Source: an uncultured Spirochaetota bacterium
GTDB lineage: Bacteria > Spirochaetota > Brevinematia > Brevinematales > JAOACQ01
Assembly: GCA_963783575.1 (NCBI GenBank)
Contig: CAWAOD010000013.1
Location: 1 to 64,000, forward strand
Length of the DNA: 64,000 bases
Direction of reading: 5' to 3'
Each line of letters opens with the position of its first letter. Position 1 is the stretch's first letter. The notes beneath the pieces are model-generated. The model did not search any database. It had not been told where the DNA came from and saw only the letters and a program-made list of their open reading frames with translations. This document shows positions 24,729 through 35,322 of the stretch, one piece after another. A program made the translations under genes and the position numbers.

Positions 24729-25702
24729 AAGTGGTTTTTTGGGGCAGTTCGGATTTTTCAATGCCTTCGCTTAAATTGATCAATATTAACCATACTATAT
24801 CTGCTGTGATTACAAATCCAGATGCCTGCTGTGGGCGCGGAATGAAGGAATTATGTGTGACACCTGTAAAAAAATTTGCGCTTGAAAATATATTTTCTAT
24901 TCTTCAGCCAAATAATTTGAAGGAAGAATCTTTTTATAATGATCTTTCACAGATAGAAGCAGATCTTTTTGTTGTGGTTTCTTATGGTATGATCATACCA
25001 GAGAGGCTTCTTAAAATACCTCGCTTTCATTCTATAAATTTACATGCTTCACTTCTTCCAAAGTACAGAGGGGCATCACCGATACAGGCGGCGCTGGTCA
25101 ATGGCGATTCAAGAACAGGGGTGACCGTTCAATTTATGTCTAAAGAGATGGATAAAGGGGATATTTTATTACAAAAAGAATCGGCTATTTTTGATCATGA
25201 TAATTATTTAACCCTTTCAGGCAGACTTTCGGAGGAAGGTTCGGTTTTATTGAACCAGGTTGTTGAATTGATCGAAAAAGGTGAAACAAAAGCTTTAAAA
25301 CAAAATGATCCTGATGCGACTTATACAAAATTGATAAAAAGAGAGGATGGAAGAATATCTTTTTATAAAGAGACAGCGCGGCAAATTTTTAATAAATGGA
25401 GGGCATATTACTCATGGCCGGGGATTTTTACCGAATTTAAGAATTCGGAAAATCATTCAGATATAGGCGATTCTTCAGATCAGGGAAAAAAAATAATTGT
25501 TCATTTAACGGAAATAAATCTTGCTGAAGGAAAAAGAAATGCCGCTCCAGGCGCCATTCTCCGTGCAGATAAACAGGGGCTGGTTGTGGCATGCAGAGAT
25601 GGGGCAGTGCAGATTAAGAAATTAAAACCGGCAGGGAAGAAAGAAATGGATTATTTGAGTTTTACCAATGGGTATAAACCATCGGAAAAAAAGTTTTTCT
25701 AG
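24725..25702 (+). CDS. fmt: methionyl-tRNA formyltransferase
   Basis: INLHASLLPKYRGASPIQ, MDKGD; follows def. Confidence 0.96.
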   Translation: MKVVFWGSSDFSMPSLKLININHTISAVITNPDACCGRGMKELCVTPVKKFALENIFSILQPNNLKEESFYNDLSQIEADLFVVVSYGMIIPERLLKIPRFHSINLHASLLPKYRGASPIQAALVNGDSRTGVTVQFMSKEMDKGDILLQKESAIFDHDNYLTLSGRLSEEGSVLLNQVVELIEKGETKALKQNDPDATYTKLIKREDGRISFYKETARQIFNKWRAYYSWPGIFTEFKNSENHSDIGDSSDQGKKIIVHLTEINLAEGKRNAAPGAILRADKQGLVVACRDGAVQIKKLKPAGKKEMDYLSFTNGYKPSEKKFF

Positions 25703-25723
25703 GGATATAATAGGAGAATTGGA

Positions 25724-26836
25724 ATGGAATTTAATAAACAAAATATTGTACAGTTATTTATGAAATTGAGAGTATTTATTTTAAGAATAGAACAACACAC
25801 AAGGAATTATTTCAGCGCCAGGGGCGCAGATATTTATACCCGCTTTGTAAGAAGAATGTTCTTTATATTCATTATCGCATGTTTTGTAGCCGGTATAACA
25901 ATCTTTTTTGTACTTTTTATAGCGAGCATGGCAAAACCACTGACAAAAGTGCCTTCAGTAAAGGGATTGAATGTTGTGGAAGCAGCACTTCAGATTCAGG
26001 AGAAAGGGCTGGCTGCCGAAATCGATAGTAAATTTGACCCGGATTTTGATAAATTTACGGTCATAGAGCAATATCCGAGAAAAGGTGCCACTGTAAGGTT
26101 GGGGCGGACAGTGACTTTGCTGGTAAGCATGGGTAGAGATGTTTACATCACACCGTCTTTAATCGGTTTAACCAGGCAGGAAGCTGAAAAAAAACTCTCG
26201 CAGCTTAATATAAATTATGAAATTACCATTATACAGACATCCGATTTTCCTGTAAATACTATTATCAGCCAGGATATCCCTCCGAATAAGCAAATGGACA
26301 GATCTGTAAAACTGAAATTGCTTGTAAATTCCGATGTGAGCAGGGGAGAAATCAAGATCGGTGATTATACACGGCAGAATGTCGACACTATTGTAAAAAC
26401 TTTGTATTTAGGATCAATCCAGCCTGTTCTTGAAAAAGTAGCCACAAAAAACTCCGATGATGATGGTCTTGTTTTATCTCAAAGTATTGCGGCCGGTAAT
26501 GTTGTCCCTAAGAATTCGGAAATCAAGCTTCAAATCGGTGTTTATGGGGAAGATGACCAGGAAAGGGATAAATATAATTATCACATTTTTACATATATAC
26601 TGGCGCCTGAAATAAGTCTGTCATCCAGTAATACCGTGTCTACCGATTCCCTGCAGGGGCAGGACCAGGCAAATGTTGTAATCACTTGCGACGATGAAAA
26701 GAACGAACAGCAGGAAATTTATAATAAAACTGTTAGATATGGGGAGTTCATCATAACAACATTTAAGGCGTACGGCAGGGCAAAATTAAATCTTATCATT
26801 AACAACAGCTTTGTAAAAGAGGTTGTTTATGAATAA
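25724..26836 (+). CDS. membrane-anchored PASTA-domain protein
   Basis: one TM helix then three repeats of VP.V.G/Q.P..G..V...VS.G; no kinase domain. Confidence 0.82.
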   Translation: MEFNKQNIVQLFMKLRVFILRIEQHTRNYFSARGADIYTRFVRRMFFIFIIACFVAGITIFFVLFIASMAKPLTKVPSVKGLNVVEAALQIQEKGLAAEIDSKFDPDFDKFTVIEQYPRKGATVRLGRTVTLLVSMGRDVYITPSLIGLTRQEAEKKLSQLNINYEITIIQTSDFPVNTIISQDIPPNKQMDRSVKLKLLVNSDVSRGEIKIGDYTRQNVDTIVKTLYLGSIQPVLEKVATKNSDDDGLVLSQSIAAGNVVPKNSEIKLQIGVYGEDDQERDKYNYHIFTYILAPEISLSSSNTVSTDSLQGQDQANVVITCDDEKNEQQEIYNKTVRYGEFIITTFKAYGRAKLNLIINNSFVKEVVYE

Positions 26837-27503
26837 AAACGGAGCGCGGAATAAAATTGCGCCCTCAATATTTGCGGCCGACCTTTACGACCTGTCCAGG
26901 GCCGTTGAACTTTTTGAAAAAGCCGAAGTGGATTACATCCATTTTGATGTAATGGATAATAATTTCGTACCTAATATATCCTTCGGCGCTAAACTTATTT
27001 CCGATGTTATATCCAGGACGAATATTCCTTCCAATGTTCACTTAATGATTAACCTGGATAGCTGCCAGAATCTGAAACATTTTTTAAATTTGAAAGTTCA
27101 GCATATCACGGTTCATCTTGAGGCGACAAGGAACTATATTCAGAATTTTATTCAAAAAATTAAAAAAAGCGGTAAAACTGCAGGAATATCTATCAAGCCT
27201 CGAACTCCAGTTGAAGTGCTTGAACCGCATCTCGATTTTATCGATTTAATTCTCCTGATGAGCGTTGAGCCTGGATTTTCAGGACAGAGATTTATCCCTG
27301 ATTCATTAGAAAGGCTGAAAACATTAAAAAAAATGATTGGCGGCAGGAATATCGATTTACAAATTGACGGCGGTATAGGCAGGGATAATTATAAAGAGAT
27401 ACTATCCGCGGGTGCTAATTTTCTGGTTATCGGTACGGCTTTTTATAATGATAAAGATCCCTGCGAATGGGTCAGGTCTATAAAAGAATTTTCTTCCACA
27501 TAA
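26829..27503 (+). CDS. rpe: ribulose-phosphate 3-epimerase
   Basis: IAPSI, HFDVMD.NFVPN, MSVEPGFSGQ, IDGG. Confidence 0.95.
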   Translation: MNKNGARNKIAPSIFAADLYDLSRAVELFEKAEVDYIHFDVMDNNFVPNISFGAKLISDVISRTNIPSNVHLMINLDSCQNLKHFLNLKVQHITVHLEATRNYIQNFIQKIKKSGKTAGISIKPRTPVEVLEPHLDFIDLILLMSVEPGFSGQRFIPDSLERLKTLKKMIGGRNIDLQIDGGIGRDNYKEILSAGANFLVIGTAFYNDKDPCEWVRSIKEFSST

Positions 27504-28110
27504 GCCATCCGAGATAAATAAAAACAATTGAATATATGAGCAATCCTGCAGAAGCTAAAGGCCTCCATAATAATGGCCCGAAGCTGTAAAAAAGAGCTCC
27601 GATAATCATAATAATTCCCAGCCATATTGTTAAAGTTTTTGATTTTATCAATCCTATCCCAAAAAAGATATTTCCTGATGAAGCCGATATTAAAAATATT
27701 GATAAAAATAAAACAACCAGTGGTGATTTTATAATCAATTGATCCTGAAATAACGGCAAGGCAGGATTATAATTGGCAATAACGGGATACAGGCATATTT
27801 CCCATGTCAGCTCACTTATCTGTAATACGAAAGTTAAAGTTACAAGTATGAAACCTATCAAACCGATTATACCGGATTTTTCCATAATTTTGGAGTATAA
27901 AGCGATAATACCGAATAATGACAATAAAACCCCGGGAAAAACAAAACAGCTTACAAAAAGCCAGTTTTTATTGAGAACAAGAGAAGCGAAATCCGTTTTT
28001 GCAAGGTTTAGAGGCAGTAAAGCCTGCGATAAAAATACATAAACAATAAAAACTATCCCTGCAAGGATTAAAGATATTCCGCCGGTCTTTAAAACATTTT
28101 CTTTTTTCAT
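27478..28110 (-). CDS. hypothetical membrane protein
   Basis: about 6 hydrophobic segments; GAGG RBS. Confidence 0.7.
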   Translation of the reverse strand: MKKENVLKTGGISLILAGIVFIVYVFLSQALLPLNLAKTDFASLVLNKNWLFVSCFVFPGVLLSLFGIIALYSKIMEKSGIIGLIGFILVTLTFVLQISELTWEICLYPVIANYNPALPLFQDQLIIKSPLVVLFLSIFLISASSGNIFFGIGLIKSKTLTIWLGIIMIIGALFYSFGPLLWRPLASAGLLIYSIVFIYLGWLMWKKILL

Positions 28111-28296
28111 TAAAACCTCCTCAATAATATTTTATAATAAATTATAATTTATTTCAGCAAATTGGATATTAATTGAATTTATCGGTTTCAATATAAAAAA
28201 AGGTTTAATAATAAAATTTTGATCTTGATTTTTTTTTAACTATATACTAAATTTATGAAGCAGTCATTGAAAATAAATAAAATCTTGGAGGATATT

Positions 28297-28626
28297 ATGG
28301 AAAAGGTATGTAAAACTTCAGATTTATTAAGTGGAAGTATGAAAGGCTTTACAGTGAACCAAAAGCAGATTTTGATTGCGAATGTTGAAGGCAATTTTTA
28401 TGCGGTTGATTCCATTTGTACACACCATTATGGTTATCTGCCCAAGGGAACTCTTCAAAAAAACATAGTTATCTGCCCTGTCCATGGCGCTCAATATGAT
28501 GTTACAACCGGTAAAGTATTTAAAGATATACCCGGATTGATGAAAATGATGACAGGCGGCGGGGCAAAAGATTTGAATTCTTATAAAGTTGAAATTAAAG
28601 ATGGATTTGTCTTTATTGACGCTTAA
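28297..28626 (+). CDS. Rieske [2Fe-2S] ferredoxin
   Basis: CTH..CPVH motifs; start after GGAGG. Confidence 0.9.
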   Translation: MEKVCKTSDLLSGSMKGFTVNQKQILIANVEGNFYAVDSICTHHYGYLPKGTLQKNIVICPVHGAQYDVTTGKVFKDIPGLMKMMTGGGAKDLNSYKVEIKDGFVFIDA

Positions 28627-28670
28627 AAAGATTGGATAATTAGTCAAAAAATCAGTATTGGAGGAATATT

Positions 28671-29633
28671 ATGAAAGCCATTATAATTCATGAATTCGGC
28701 GGGCCTGAGGTTCTTAAATATGAAGATACACCGGTACCGAAGCCTTCGGCTGGCCAGGTTCTTGTCCGTGTCCATGCCGCCGGTGTAAATCCAGCCGATA
28801 CATATACCAGAGCCGGAGGTTATGCTGTTAAACCTTCTCTTCCTTTTACACCCGGAACTGACGGAGCGGGTATAGTTGACTCGATCGGGAGCGGTTTTAC
28901 AAAGTTTAAACCCGGAGACCGGGTATATCTTGCCAGGTCTTTGTCAGGCACTTATGCCGAATATGCTCTTGCGCTTGAATCGCAGGTGTACCGTCTGCCG
29001 GATAACATTTCTTTTTCACAGGGTGCCGGAGTTTATGTCCCTTACGGAACGGCTTATCATGCGCTTCATCATCAGGCAAACGCCAGGGGAGGAGAAACTG
29101 TCCTGATTCATGGCGCAAGCGGGGGCGTAGGCATAGCTTCGGTCCAGATAGCAAGGGCAATGGGCCTTACCGTATTCGGTACAGCAGGCAGTACCAGGGG
29201 TATGGAACTTGTCAGAAATGAAGGATCGCACAAAGTCTTTGACCATAAAAGTCCCCATTATCAGGATGAAATTATGAAAGAAACTGAAGGTAAGGGTGTA
29301 GATATAATCCTGGAGATGCTGGCAAATGTCAATCTTGGAGCCGATCTCAAAATGACTGCTAAAAACGGAAGAGTCATCATTATCGGCAGCAGGGGAGAAA
29401 CAACCGTCAACGCGCGAGAGCTTATGGGGCGCAGGGCCGCCGTCAAAGGTATGATGCTCTGGATTATCACGGATGATGAAGCTTCCGACATCCACGCAGG
29501 GATAATTGCAGGACTTGAAAACGGTACTCTCCGCCCGGTTGTCGGAAAGGAAATACCGCTTTCCGAAGCTGCCCGTTCACATCTGGATGTTATGGCTCCG
29601 GGGGCTTACGGAAAGATTGTGCTGATACCTTAG
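28671..29633 (+). CDS. qor: NADPH:quinone oxidoreductase (zeta-crystallin family)
   Basis: GGPEVL, GVNPAD, PGTDGAG, HGASGGVG, GKIVL. Confidence 0.9.
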   Translation: MKAIIIHEFGGPEVLKYEDTPVPKPSAGQVLVRVHAAGVNPADTYTRAGGYAVKPSLPFTPGTDGAGIVDSIGSGFTKFKPGDRVYLARSLSGTYAEYALALESQVYRLPDNISFSQGAGVYVPYGTAYHALHHQANARGGETVLIHGASGGVGIASVQIARAMGLTVFGTAGSTRGMELVRNEGSHKVFDHKSPHYQDEIMKETEGKGVDIILEMLANVNLGADLKMTAKNGRVIIIGSRGETTVNARELMGRRAAVKGMMLWIITDDEASDIHAGIIAGLENGTLRPVVGKEIPLSEAARSHLDVMAPGAYGKIVLIP

Positions 29634-29739
29634 TTGATTTAACACAGGCGCTTTTTTCATTGTTTTGATTTCATTTGTGCCGATTTTATAAATTTACCCA
29701 TTGAAAATATATATGCTATACTGTTTCAAGGGAGTGAAA

Positions 29740-30444
29740 ATGAAAAAAGCGGTTTTAAGAATTATTATTGTTCTTAGCATAATTATAGTCTTTTTATCAG
29801 TTGTAACTTTATTATATTTTTTAAAATTTAACAGTGAAATAAAAAAGATGTCGCCGTTGCCTACCCAATTTATAACTGATGGAATTTATTCGGTAAAAAC
29901 CGAATTTGTGAATTTTTATATCATTCAAAATGATGATAATTATATAGCAATTGACGCCGGGAATGATATTAAGTTAGCAAGTATAGAATTAAAAAATATG
30001 AATATAGATATTCAAAAAGTAACGGGTGTTTTTCTGACGCATAGGCATTTTGACCATATAGCAGCATTAAAGCTCTTTAAAAATGCAAAAATATATATCT
30101 CGAAAATTGAAGGGTATAATGCCAAATATAACTCAAATTATATTTTCTTAGAAGATAATCAGTTAATTGAAATAAATAAATTAAAAATTAAATGCATTCT
30201 TACACCCGGACATACAAAAGGCTCAATGTCTTATTTGATAAATGGTAAATACCTATTTATTGGTGATACAATGAGTTTGAATAACGGACATGCCGAATTG
30301 TTCAATAAGTTTTTTAATTCCAATTCCGAAATCCAAAAACAATCAATTAAAAAAATTAGTTTGATTCCTGATGCAAGTTATATTTTTACTGCACATTATG
30401 GTTATTCAAGTGATTTTAAAAGATGTTTTGAAGAATGGCAGTAA
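29740..30444 (+). CDS. membrane-anchored MBL-fold hydrolase
   Basis: THRHFDH, TPGHT.GS, FIGD, AH motifs; N-terminal TM. Confidence 0.82.
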   Translation: MKKAVLRIIIVLSIIIVFLSVVTLLYFLKFNSEIKKMSPLPTQFITDGIYSVKTEFVNFYIIQNDDNYIAIDAGNDIKLASIELKNMNIDIQKVTGVFLTHRHFDHIAALKLFKNAKIYISKIEGYNAKYNSNYIFLEDNQLIEINKLKIKCILTPGHTKGSMSYLINGKYLFIGDTMSLNNGHAELFNKFFNSNSEIQKQSIKKISLIPDASYIFTAHYGYSSDFKRCFEEWQ

Positions 30445-30567
30445 AAATATTCAAATCACACAAATACTCATTTTTAAAGCGGTAACCAATCTCCCGGGAT
30501 ATTATCCCGGTGCTGACGGGAAGATTGTGCTGTATAAAATCATTCAAGCCGAAAATATCTTAATGGA

Positions 30568-31713
30568 TTATATAAGCGTTGTAATGCCTTTTCGATTTTT
30601 TCCGCCGGATTCATCAAGAACAGCCTTTAAACCCGGTATTCTTATTATAAAGGATGCCGTTATCCAGCTCAATATAACAGTTAAAGCGGCTTGTAGCAGA
30701 AATTTTATAAAAGAAGGTATCATTATATTTCTGGTGAGATATTGAATTGTAAAAAGAATATTAAGATGAATGATATATACAGCAAAACTGCTTCTTGAAA
30801 TATTCCGCAAGAAAGGGGTATCTCTGTCCAGTGTTTTACGAGATACTGCGATAATAGTGAAGAAAAATGACATGGTTTGCAGGCAGCTTGTTGAATTGTA
30901 CAGCAATTTCCATAAAATCGTATCATAAATGTTGTTAACAATAATTATAATCATTATGATTGATGATATCAGAAAAATTGGAACCCAGATAAAAATATTA
31001 GGTGTAAAGCCTTTCTCGAACCATTTCTTCCTGTATGCGTATATGCCGAGTAAAAAATAACAGAAATAAACCGGTATTTTGATTGTTTGGAATTCAATGA
31101 TATAAAGCCTGGTCCACACATAATGTTTGACAAAGAGATTGATGAAGAGGCTTAAAATCGTTGTTATTATAAATAAGCCGGCCAGCATTGCAAAGGATGG
31201 TTTTGACTGTATTTCCTGCTCCAAATCCTTTTTACTCTTAAAAGATGAGTAAAAAATGGCGGTAATAAGAAAGAAAGTCATCAGGATTCCCAGGAACCAG
31301 AAATGGAATTGGGAAAAATTCTTGTACTGAAAAAAAGATATTATGAAGCCAATAAAATTAAAGGCTTGTCCGTCTGAGTAAGACGCCATTGCTTTTAATA
31401 GCGGGGCCAGGACCACCGATCCTGCTATAAGAGGAATTCCCAGCCGCAAAAGTTTCCCTTTTATGAAACCGGGCCCATTTTTTAACATCGACTTTGGCAT
31501 AAAAAATCCGGCAGCGAAGAACATTGGAGGCATCAATACGCAACTATCCAGAAAAAGGACAATTATCCAGAAGTTTTTATCAGGTCTCGGATAATGGATA
31601 AAATTGGGGAAAACCGGTGTGAGAAAAGCAATTGAAGAATGCAGTACAATTACAAGCAAAATGATGATTACCCTAAGGCCGTCAAGAAAGTATAACCTTT
31701 TAGACTCGTACAT
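30568..31713 (-). CDS. acyltransferase family 3 (OpgC/MdoC-like) membrane protein
   Basis: FLDGLR..H, FFAAGFF, RLGIP, HFWFL, SFAVYIIH. Confidence 0.85.
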   Translation of the reverse strand: MYESKRLYFLDGLRVIIILLVIVLHSSIAFLTPVFPNFIHYPRPDKNFWIIVLFLDSCVLMPPMFFAAGFFMPKSMLKNGPGFIKGKLLRLGIPLIAGSVVLAPLLKAMASYSDGQAFNFIGFIISFFQYKNFSQFHFWFLGILMTFFLITAIFYSSFKSKKDLEQEIQSKPSFAMLAGLFIITTILSLFINLFVKHYVWTRLYIIEFQTIKIPVYFCYFLLGIYAYRKKWFEKGFTPNIFIWVPIFLISSIIMIIIIVNNIYDTILWKLLYNSTSCLQTMSFFFTIIAVSRKTLDRDTPFLRNISRSSFAVYIIHLNILFTIQYLTRNIMIPSFIKFLLQAALTVILSWITASFIIRIPGLKAVLDESGGKNRKGITTLI

Positions 31714-31742
31714 ATAAATTTCTCCTTCATCAATAGTCTTAA

Positions 31743-32960
31743 TTATCCGTTTCTTAGCCGATGTATAATTTCACCTAATCCGGGTCTTTTACCATACATC
31801 AGAAGATAAATCCTGAAAACCCTGATTACCAAAAGCAGGCTTCCGATGATGAAAAGTACAAGAACAGCAATACTGACTGCCAGTTCCGGCGCAGGGATTT
31901 CCGATATACCAAGCCTGAGCATTGTTTCAACCGGAGCTGTGATTGGAAAAATCGTAAGGACAGCCCAGATTGGATTTTTGGGGAAGTATAATTGTAAGGA
32001 TAAAAACCATAGAGGTGTATAGCCAAGAAGCGTATAAATTAATGATAACTGCTGTCCTTCACGGGCATTGGGACAGATGGCGCCAATACCAACCGAGAGT
32101 ACGGCAAATAATAAATAACCGAGAATAAAATAAACGGTTCCAAGGATAATAAAGTTTGCCGGTATTTGTATATTGCCGATAAAGCCGCTAAAAGAAGCTA
32201 GAGCAAGGTTTAATAAAAGAGGAGCGGAGACCAGCCAGACTAAAACCTGCATAAGCCCCGCGGCTCCTAATGCCAGGACCTTACCGATAATTAATTGACG
32301 GATGGAAACCGATGACAGCAATATCTCCATAATACGGTTCTCTTTTTCCTCTCCCAATCCATGGATCAAGTAGCTTGAAATGAACATCAGGGAAAAAGCA
32401 AGCAGAAAGCTGAAAATTCCGGGTATTATGATATTTCCTATCCCGCTTTGTTCTTTGGCCTCTGTTCCGGTTTTTGTAAGACGGGTAATTTTCAGGTTCA
32501 ATTGGGATTCTATCAGGGTAACAATATCCTGAGGTACTTTGCCTGTAAGGAGATTACCTGTAATAAAATTCTTAATTAAAGCTTTTACTTCAGGAGGAGT
32601 ATCAACCTCTTTCTCAAGGGTATACCTGTGGATTGCCCCGCCTGTTAAAAAATCAGCCGGTATGATAAAATATTCCGAAATATCATTTTTGATTAGGGCT
32701 TGAACTGCATCGTCCTTACTATCGAAATAAACGAGCTTTATGTTTCCCTGATCATTATTACTGCTGAATTTGCCGGTTCCGTCAACATATCCGACGGTCT
32801 TTATTTTTATAGCCGGAGGCTTTGTAAATGCTGATACGAGCTGTCCGAAACCTATACCTAATAACACCAATAAAGGTACGATCAGGGTCATAATAATGAA
32901 CCCGGCTCTTTTTACCGTATATAGAAATTCATGTTTGAAAATCAAATATGTTTTATTCAT
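31743..32960 (-). CDS. ABC-2 type transporter permease (NatB/YhaP-like)
   Basis: EEKENRIMEILLSSV, GKVLA, multiple TMs. Confidence 0.9.
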   Translation of the reverse strand: MNKTYLIFKHEFLYTVKRAGFIIMTLIVPLLVLLGIGFGQLVSAFTKPPAIKIKTVGYVDGTGKFSSNNDQGNIKLVYFDSKDDAVQALIKNDISEYFIIPADFLTGGAIHRYTLEKEVDTPPEVKALIKNFITGNLLTGKVPQDIVTLIESQLNLKITRLTKTGTEAKEQSGIGNIIIPGIFSFLLAFSLMFISSYLIHGLGEEKENRIMEILLSSVSIRQLIIGKVLALGAAGLMQVLVWLVSAPLLLNLALASFSGFIGNIQIPANFIILGTVYFILGYLLFAVLSVGIGAICPNAREGQQLSLIYTLLGYTPLWFLSLQLYFPKNPIWAVLTIFPITAPVETMLRLGISEIPAPELAVSIAVLVLFIIGSLLLVIRVFRIYLLMYGKRPGLGEIIHRLRNG

Positions 32961-33849
32961 TTTTTTTACCTGCCAATTTTAAAAATATTTCATTAAGCGA
33001 AAGGGAAGCCATTTCAAAGCGGTTGATTTTAATTCCACGATTTAACAAATTTTGAAGAATCAGTTGAGGCGTTGTGTCCATATCCGGAATCAATTCAATA
33101 AAACCCTTCTGCTTCCTTATTTCTATTACACCCGGAATTTTGCCGGCTTCTCCCTCAATATCCACAAGAACAGAATGGTTTTTATATCCCGACTTGATTT
33201 CTTTCAGATTTCCGTATAGGACAGCTCTTCCATTGTTTATCATAAGTACGCGGTTGCAAAGTTCCTCAACGTCATTCATTTGATGCGTACTCAGTATTAT
33301 CGCTTTGCCCTGATCTCTCAAACTACCCAGCATTCGCTTCAATAAATCGGTGTTTACCGGGTCAAGACCGGAAAAGGGCTCATCCAGAATAATTAATTTT
33401 GGGTCGTGTATGATAGTAACAATTAATTGTATCATCTGACCCATACCCTTGCTCATTTCCTCAATCTTCATTTTTTTGTTCGCCTGCATACCGGTTTGAT
33501 TTAGCAGTTCATCGGCTTTGCTTTCAGCCGAATGCCTGTCAATGCCTTTAAGAGAAGCAAGGTAAATTATAAGATCAATAGCCGTCAGTTTTTTGTATAA
33601 GCCTCTTTCCTCCGGCAGGTAGCCGATTTGGTTCTTAATGTTTTCATTCATCAAATTGCCGAAGATTGTTATTCTGCCCGAATCCGGTTTGATAAAATCG
33701 AGTATCAGCTTGATGGTCGTGCTTTTACCGGCGCCGTTAGGGCCGATCAAACCTAAAATTTCTCCGGGCAAAACTGTAAAAGATATATCCCTGACTGCCT
33801 GTTTGCCTGAATAGGATTTGACTATGTGGTTGACTTCTACTGCTGCCAT
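32953..33849 (-). CDS. ABC transporter ATP-binding protein (YhaQ-like)
   Basis: GPNGAGKS, YLPEERGLY, SKGM, LDEPFSGLDP. Confidence 0.93.
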   Translation of the reverse strand: MAAVEVNHIVKSYSGKQAVRDISFTVLPGEILGLIGPNGAGKSTTIKLILDFIKPDSGRITIFGNLMNENIKNQIGYLPEERGLYKKLTAIDLIIYLASLKGIDRHSAESKADELLNQTGMQANKKMKIEEMSKGMGQMIQLIVTIIHDPKLIILDEPFSGLDPVNTDLLKRMLGSLRDQGKAIILSTHQMNDVEELCNRVLMINNGRAVLYGNLKEIKSGYKNHSVLVDIEGEAGKIPGVIEIRKQKGFIELIPDMDTTPQLILQNLLNRGIKINRFEMASLSLNEIFLKLAGKKNE

Positions 33850-33905
33850 TTCTGTTACTCCAATATTTTAAAATTTCAAAGTTTTGTATAATCCAACAAT
33901 CAATA

Positions 33906-34694
33906 TCAGGTATAAAAAAACTTAAAGAAAACAATAAGATTAAGTATCCATTTGCTGATTTGGGGGTATGCCTGCCGGATCAAATCTTTGATTTGAACCG
34001 ATGTTGCGGTGGTGGCATTTAGAATATATTTTCCCGTTGTATGCCCTCCCATTGCGACTACTCCATAGGCAACCCCGCCGCCGGATATTAAACCGAAGGC
34101 GAAGCCGCCAAATGCTGTAAGCCCGAAGACAATCCCTCCCGCAGCCAGTAATCCCGCGGCCACACCGCCAAACGCAATTATCCCTGCGGCAAAACCGCCG
34201 AAAGCAAGAAATCCGCCGCTGAAGGAACCGAAGGCGGCCAGCCCGACTGGAAACATACCGAAGCATAATCCTCCAAAACAGAATCTTCCAACCGCAATTG
34301 CGCCGATTGCCCGGTTACCGATTGCAATAATACCTCTGGCTGTGCCTGGTTTAGCATTCAGATGGCGGCGGAATTTAATATGAATAAGAGGCAGGCCAAA
34401 AATCTTTATTTTACTGCTGTATTCGAAGTAATCAGCCAGAAGCCTGCTGACTCTAAGACGTTCCCGTACCAGGCGTTCTATAACCTCACTTTTATTTTCG
34501 TAAACGGAATCCATAAACTCTACGGCCACTTCGGCAGGATTACCCATTTTATTGATTACAATATCTATGTCCTCATTTGATGAAGCTTCAGTGATATGCA
34601 AACGCAGGTCCTGCGCTATACGCTTTTTAAGCCCATCATCGACAACAAGACCGTCGATTACTCTATTAATAAAACCTTCAATCTTATTTTCCAT
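33906..34694 (-). CDS. HAAS-like N-terminal domain membrane protein with Gly-rich repeats
   Basis: DLRLHI..INKMGNPAEVA; C-terminal GLPLIHI/ARGIIAIG and (A/F)GG.A.G repeats; downstream of PadR. Confidence 0.7.
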   Translation of the reverse strand: MENKIEGFINRVIDGLVVDDGLKKRIAQDLRLHITEASSNEDIDIVINKMGNPAEVAVEFMDSVYENKSEVIERLVRERLRVSRLLADYFEYSSKIKIFGLPLIHIKFRRHLNAKPGTARGIIAIGNRAIGAIAVGRFCFGGLCFGMFPVGLAAFGSFSGGFLAFGGFAAGIIAFGGVAAGLLAAGGIVFGLTAFGGFAFGLISGGGVAYGVVAMGGHTTGKYILNATTATSVQIKDLIRQAYPQISKWILNLIVFFKFFYT

Positions 34695-35046
34695 TTTCGG
34701 GTTCCTCCTCCAGAATAAGGTTAATTCCATTGATTAAACCATAAAGTCCGGAAATGAGCCTTGCAAGTTCCGCAGTTCCTTCCTTCGTAATCTGGTAATA
34801 TTTTCTCGGCACTGGTCGTTTTTCGATACCTCCGCGGTCAGGTTCTTCCCAAAGGCTTGTTATAAACCCGTCATCCTCAAGCCTGTATAAAACCGGGTAA
34901 AGAGTACCCTCTTTCATTTTGAAAACTCCTTTGCTTTTACCGTCAAGTTCCTGCAGGAGCTGATAACCGTACATTTTCTCACGGCTTAAAAGCTTCAAAA
35001 TCAGGATCTCAATAACTCCTTTCTTAAGCTGGCTGGAATCACCCAT
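34684..35046 (-). CDS. PadR-family transcriptional regulator
   Basis: LKKG, MYGYQL, EGTLYPVLYRLE, RKYY.IT..G. Confidence 0.93.
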   Translation of the reverse strand: MGDSSQLKKGVIEILILKLLSREKMYGYQLLQELDGKSKGVFKMKEGTLYPVLYRLEDDGFITSLWEEPDRGGIEKRPVPRKYYQITKEGTAELARLISGLYGLINGINLILEEEPENGK

Positions 35047-35057
35047 AAAACACCTAT

Positions 35058-35116
35058 TTATACAATATACTTAGTATAACTAAGTATATTGTATAATAAA
35101 TTATTAGACTTGTCAA
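35058..35116 (-). promoter_or_regulatory. padR promoter with overlapping 18-bp perfect inverted repeat (putative PadR operator)
   Basis: minus-strand TTGACA-17-TACAAT (35116-35088); TTATACAATATACTTAGT-ata-ACTAAGTATATTGTATAA at 35058-35096. Confidence 0.75.
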
Positions 35117-35322
35117 TAGTTTTATAAAATAATATTTTTTCCAGTATGTTTCAAAATACGGATATGATTAAACATTAATCATATAATAATTTATGTGCAT
35201 AATATTTATTCTTGATATAATAATAATGTATTATTATTATGCATTTTATAAATCATTAAATACCATGATATCATCATATCATATAGAGAGTTAGTATTAT
35301 TAATGGTTAATATATAATCATA

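Noticed and set aside
25724..26836. Ser/Thr kinase PknB
   Set aside because: PASTA repeats only, with no kinase domain in the short cytoplasmic N-terminus.
29740..30444. Metallo-beta-lactamase resistance gene (also 9479-10201)
   Set aside because: HxHxDH glyoxalase-II/UlaG-type motifs are generic to the fold; nothing supports beta-lactam activity.
30371..30745. 124-aa plus-strand ORF and similar antisense ORFs (e.g. 37161-37688, 29016-29495)
   Set aside because: They overlap well-supported genes on the other strand or frame and have no motifs.
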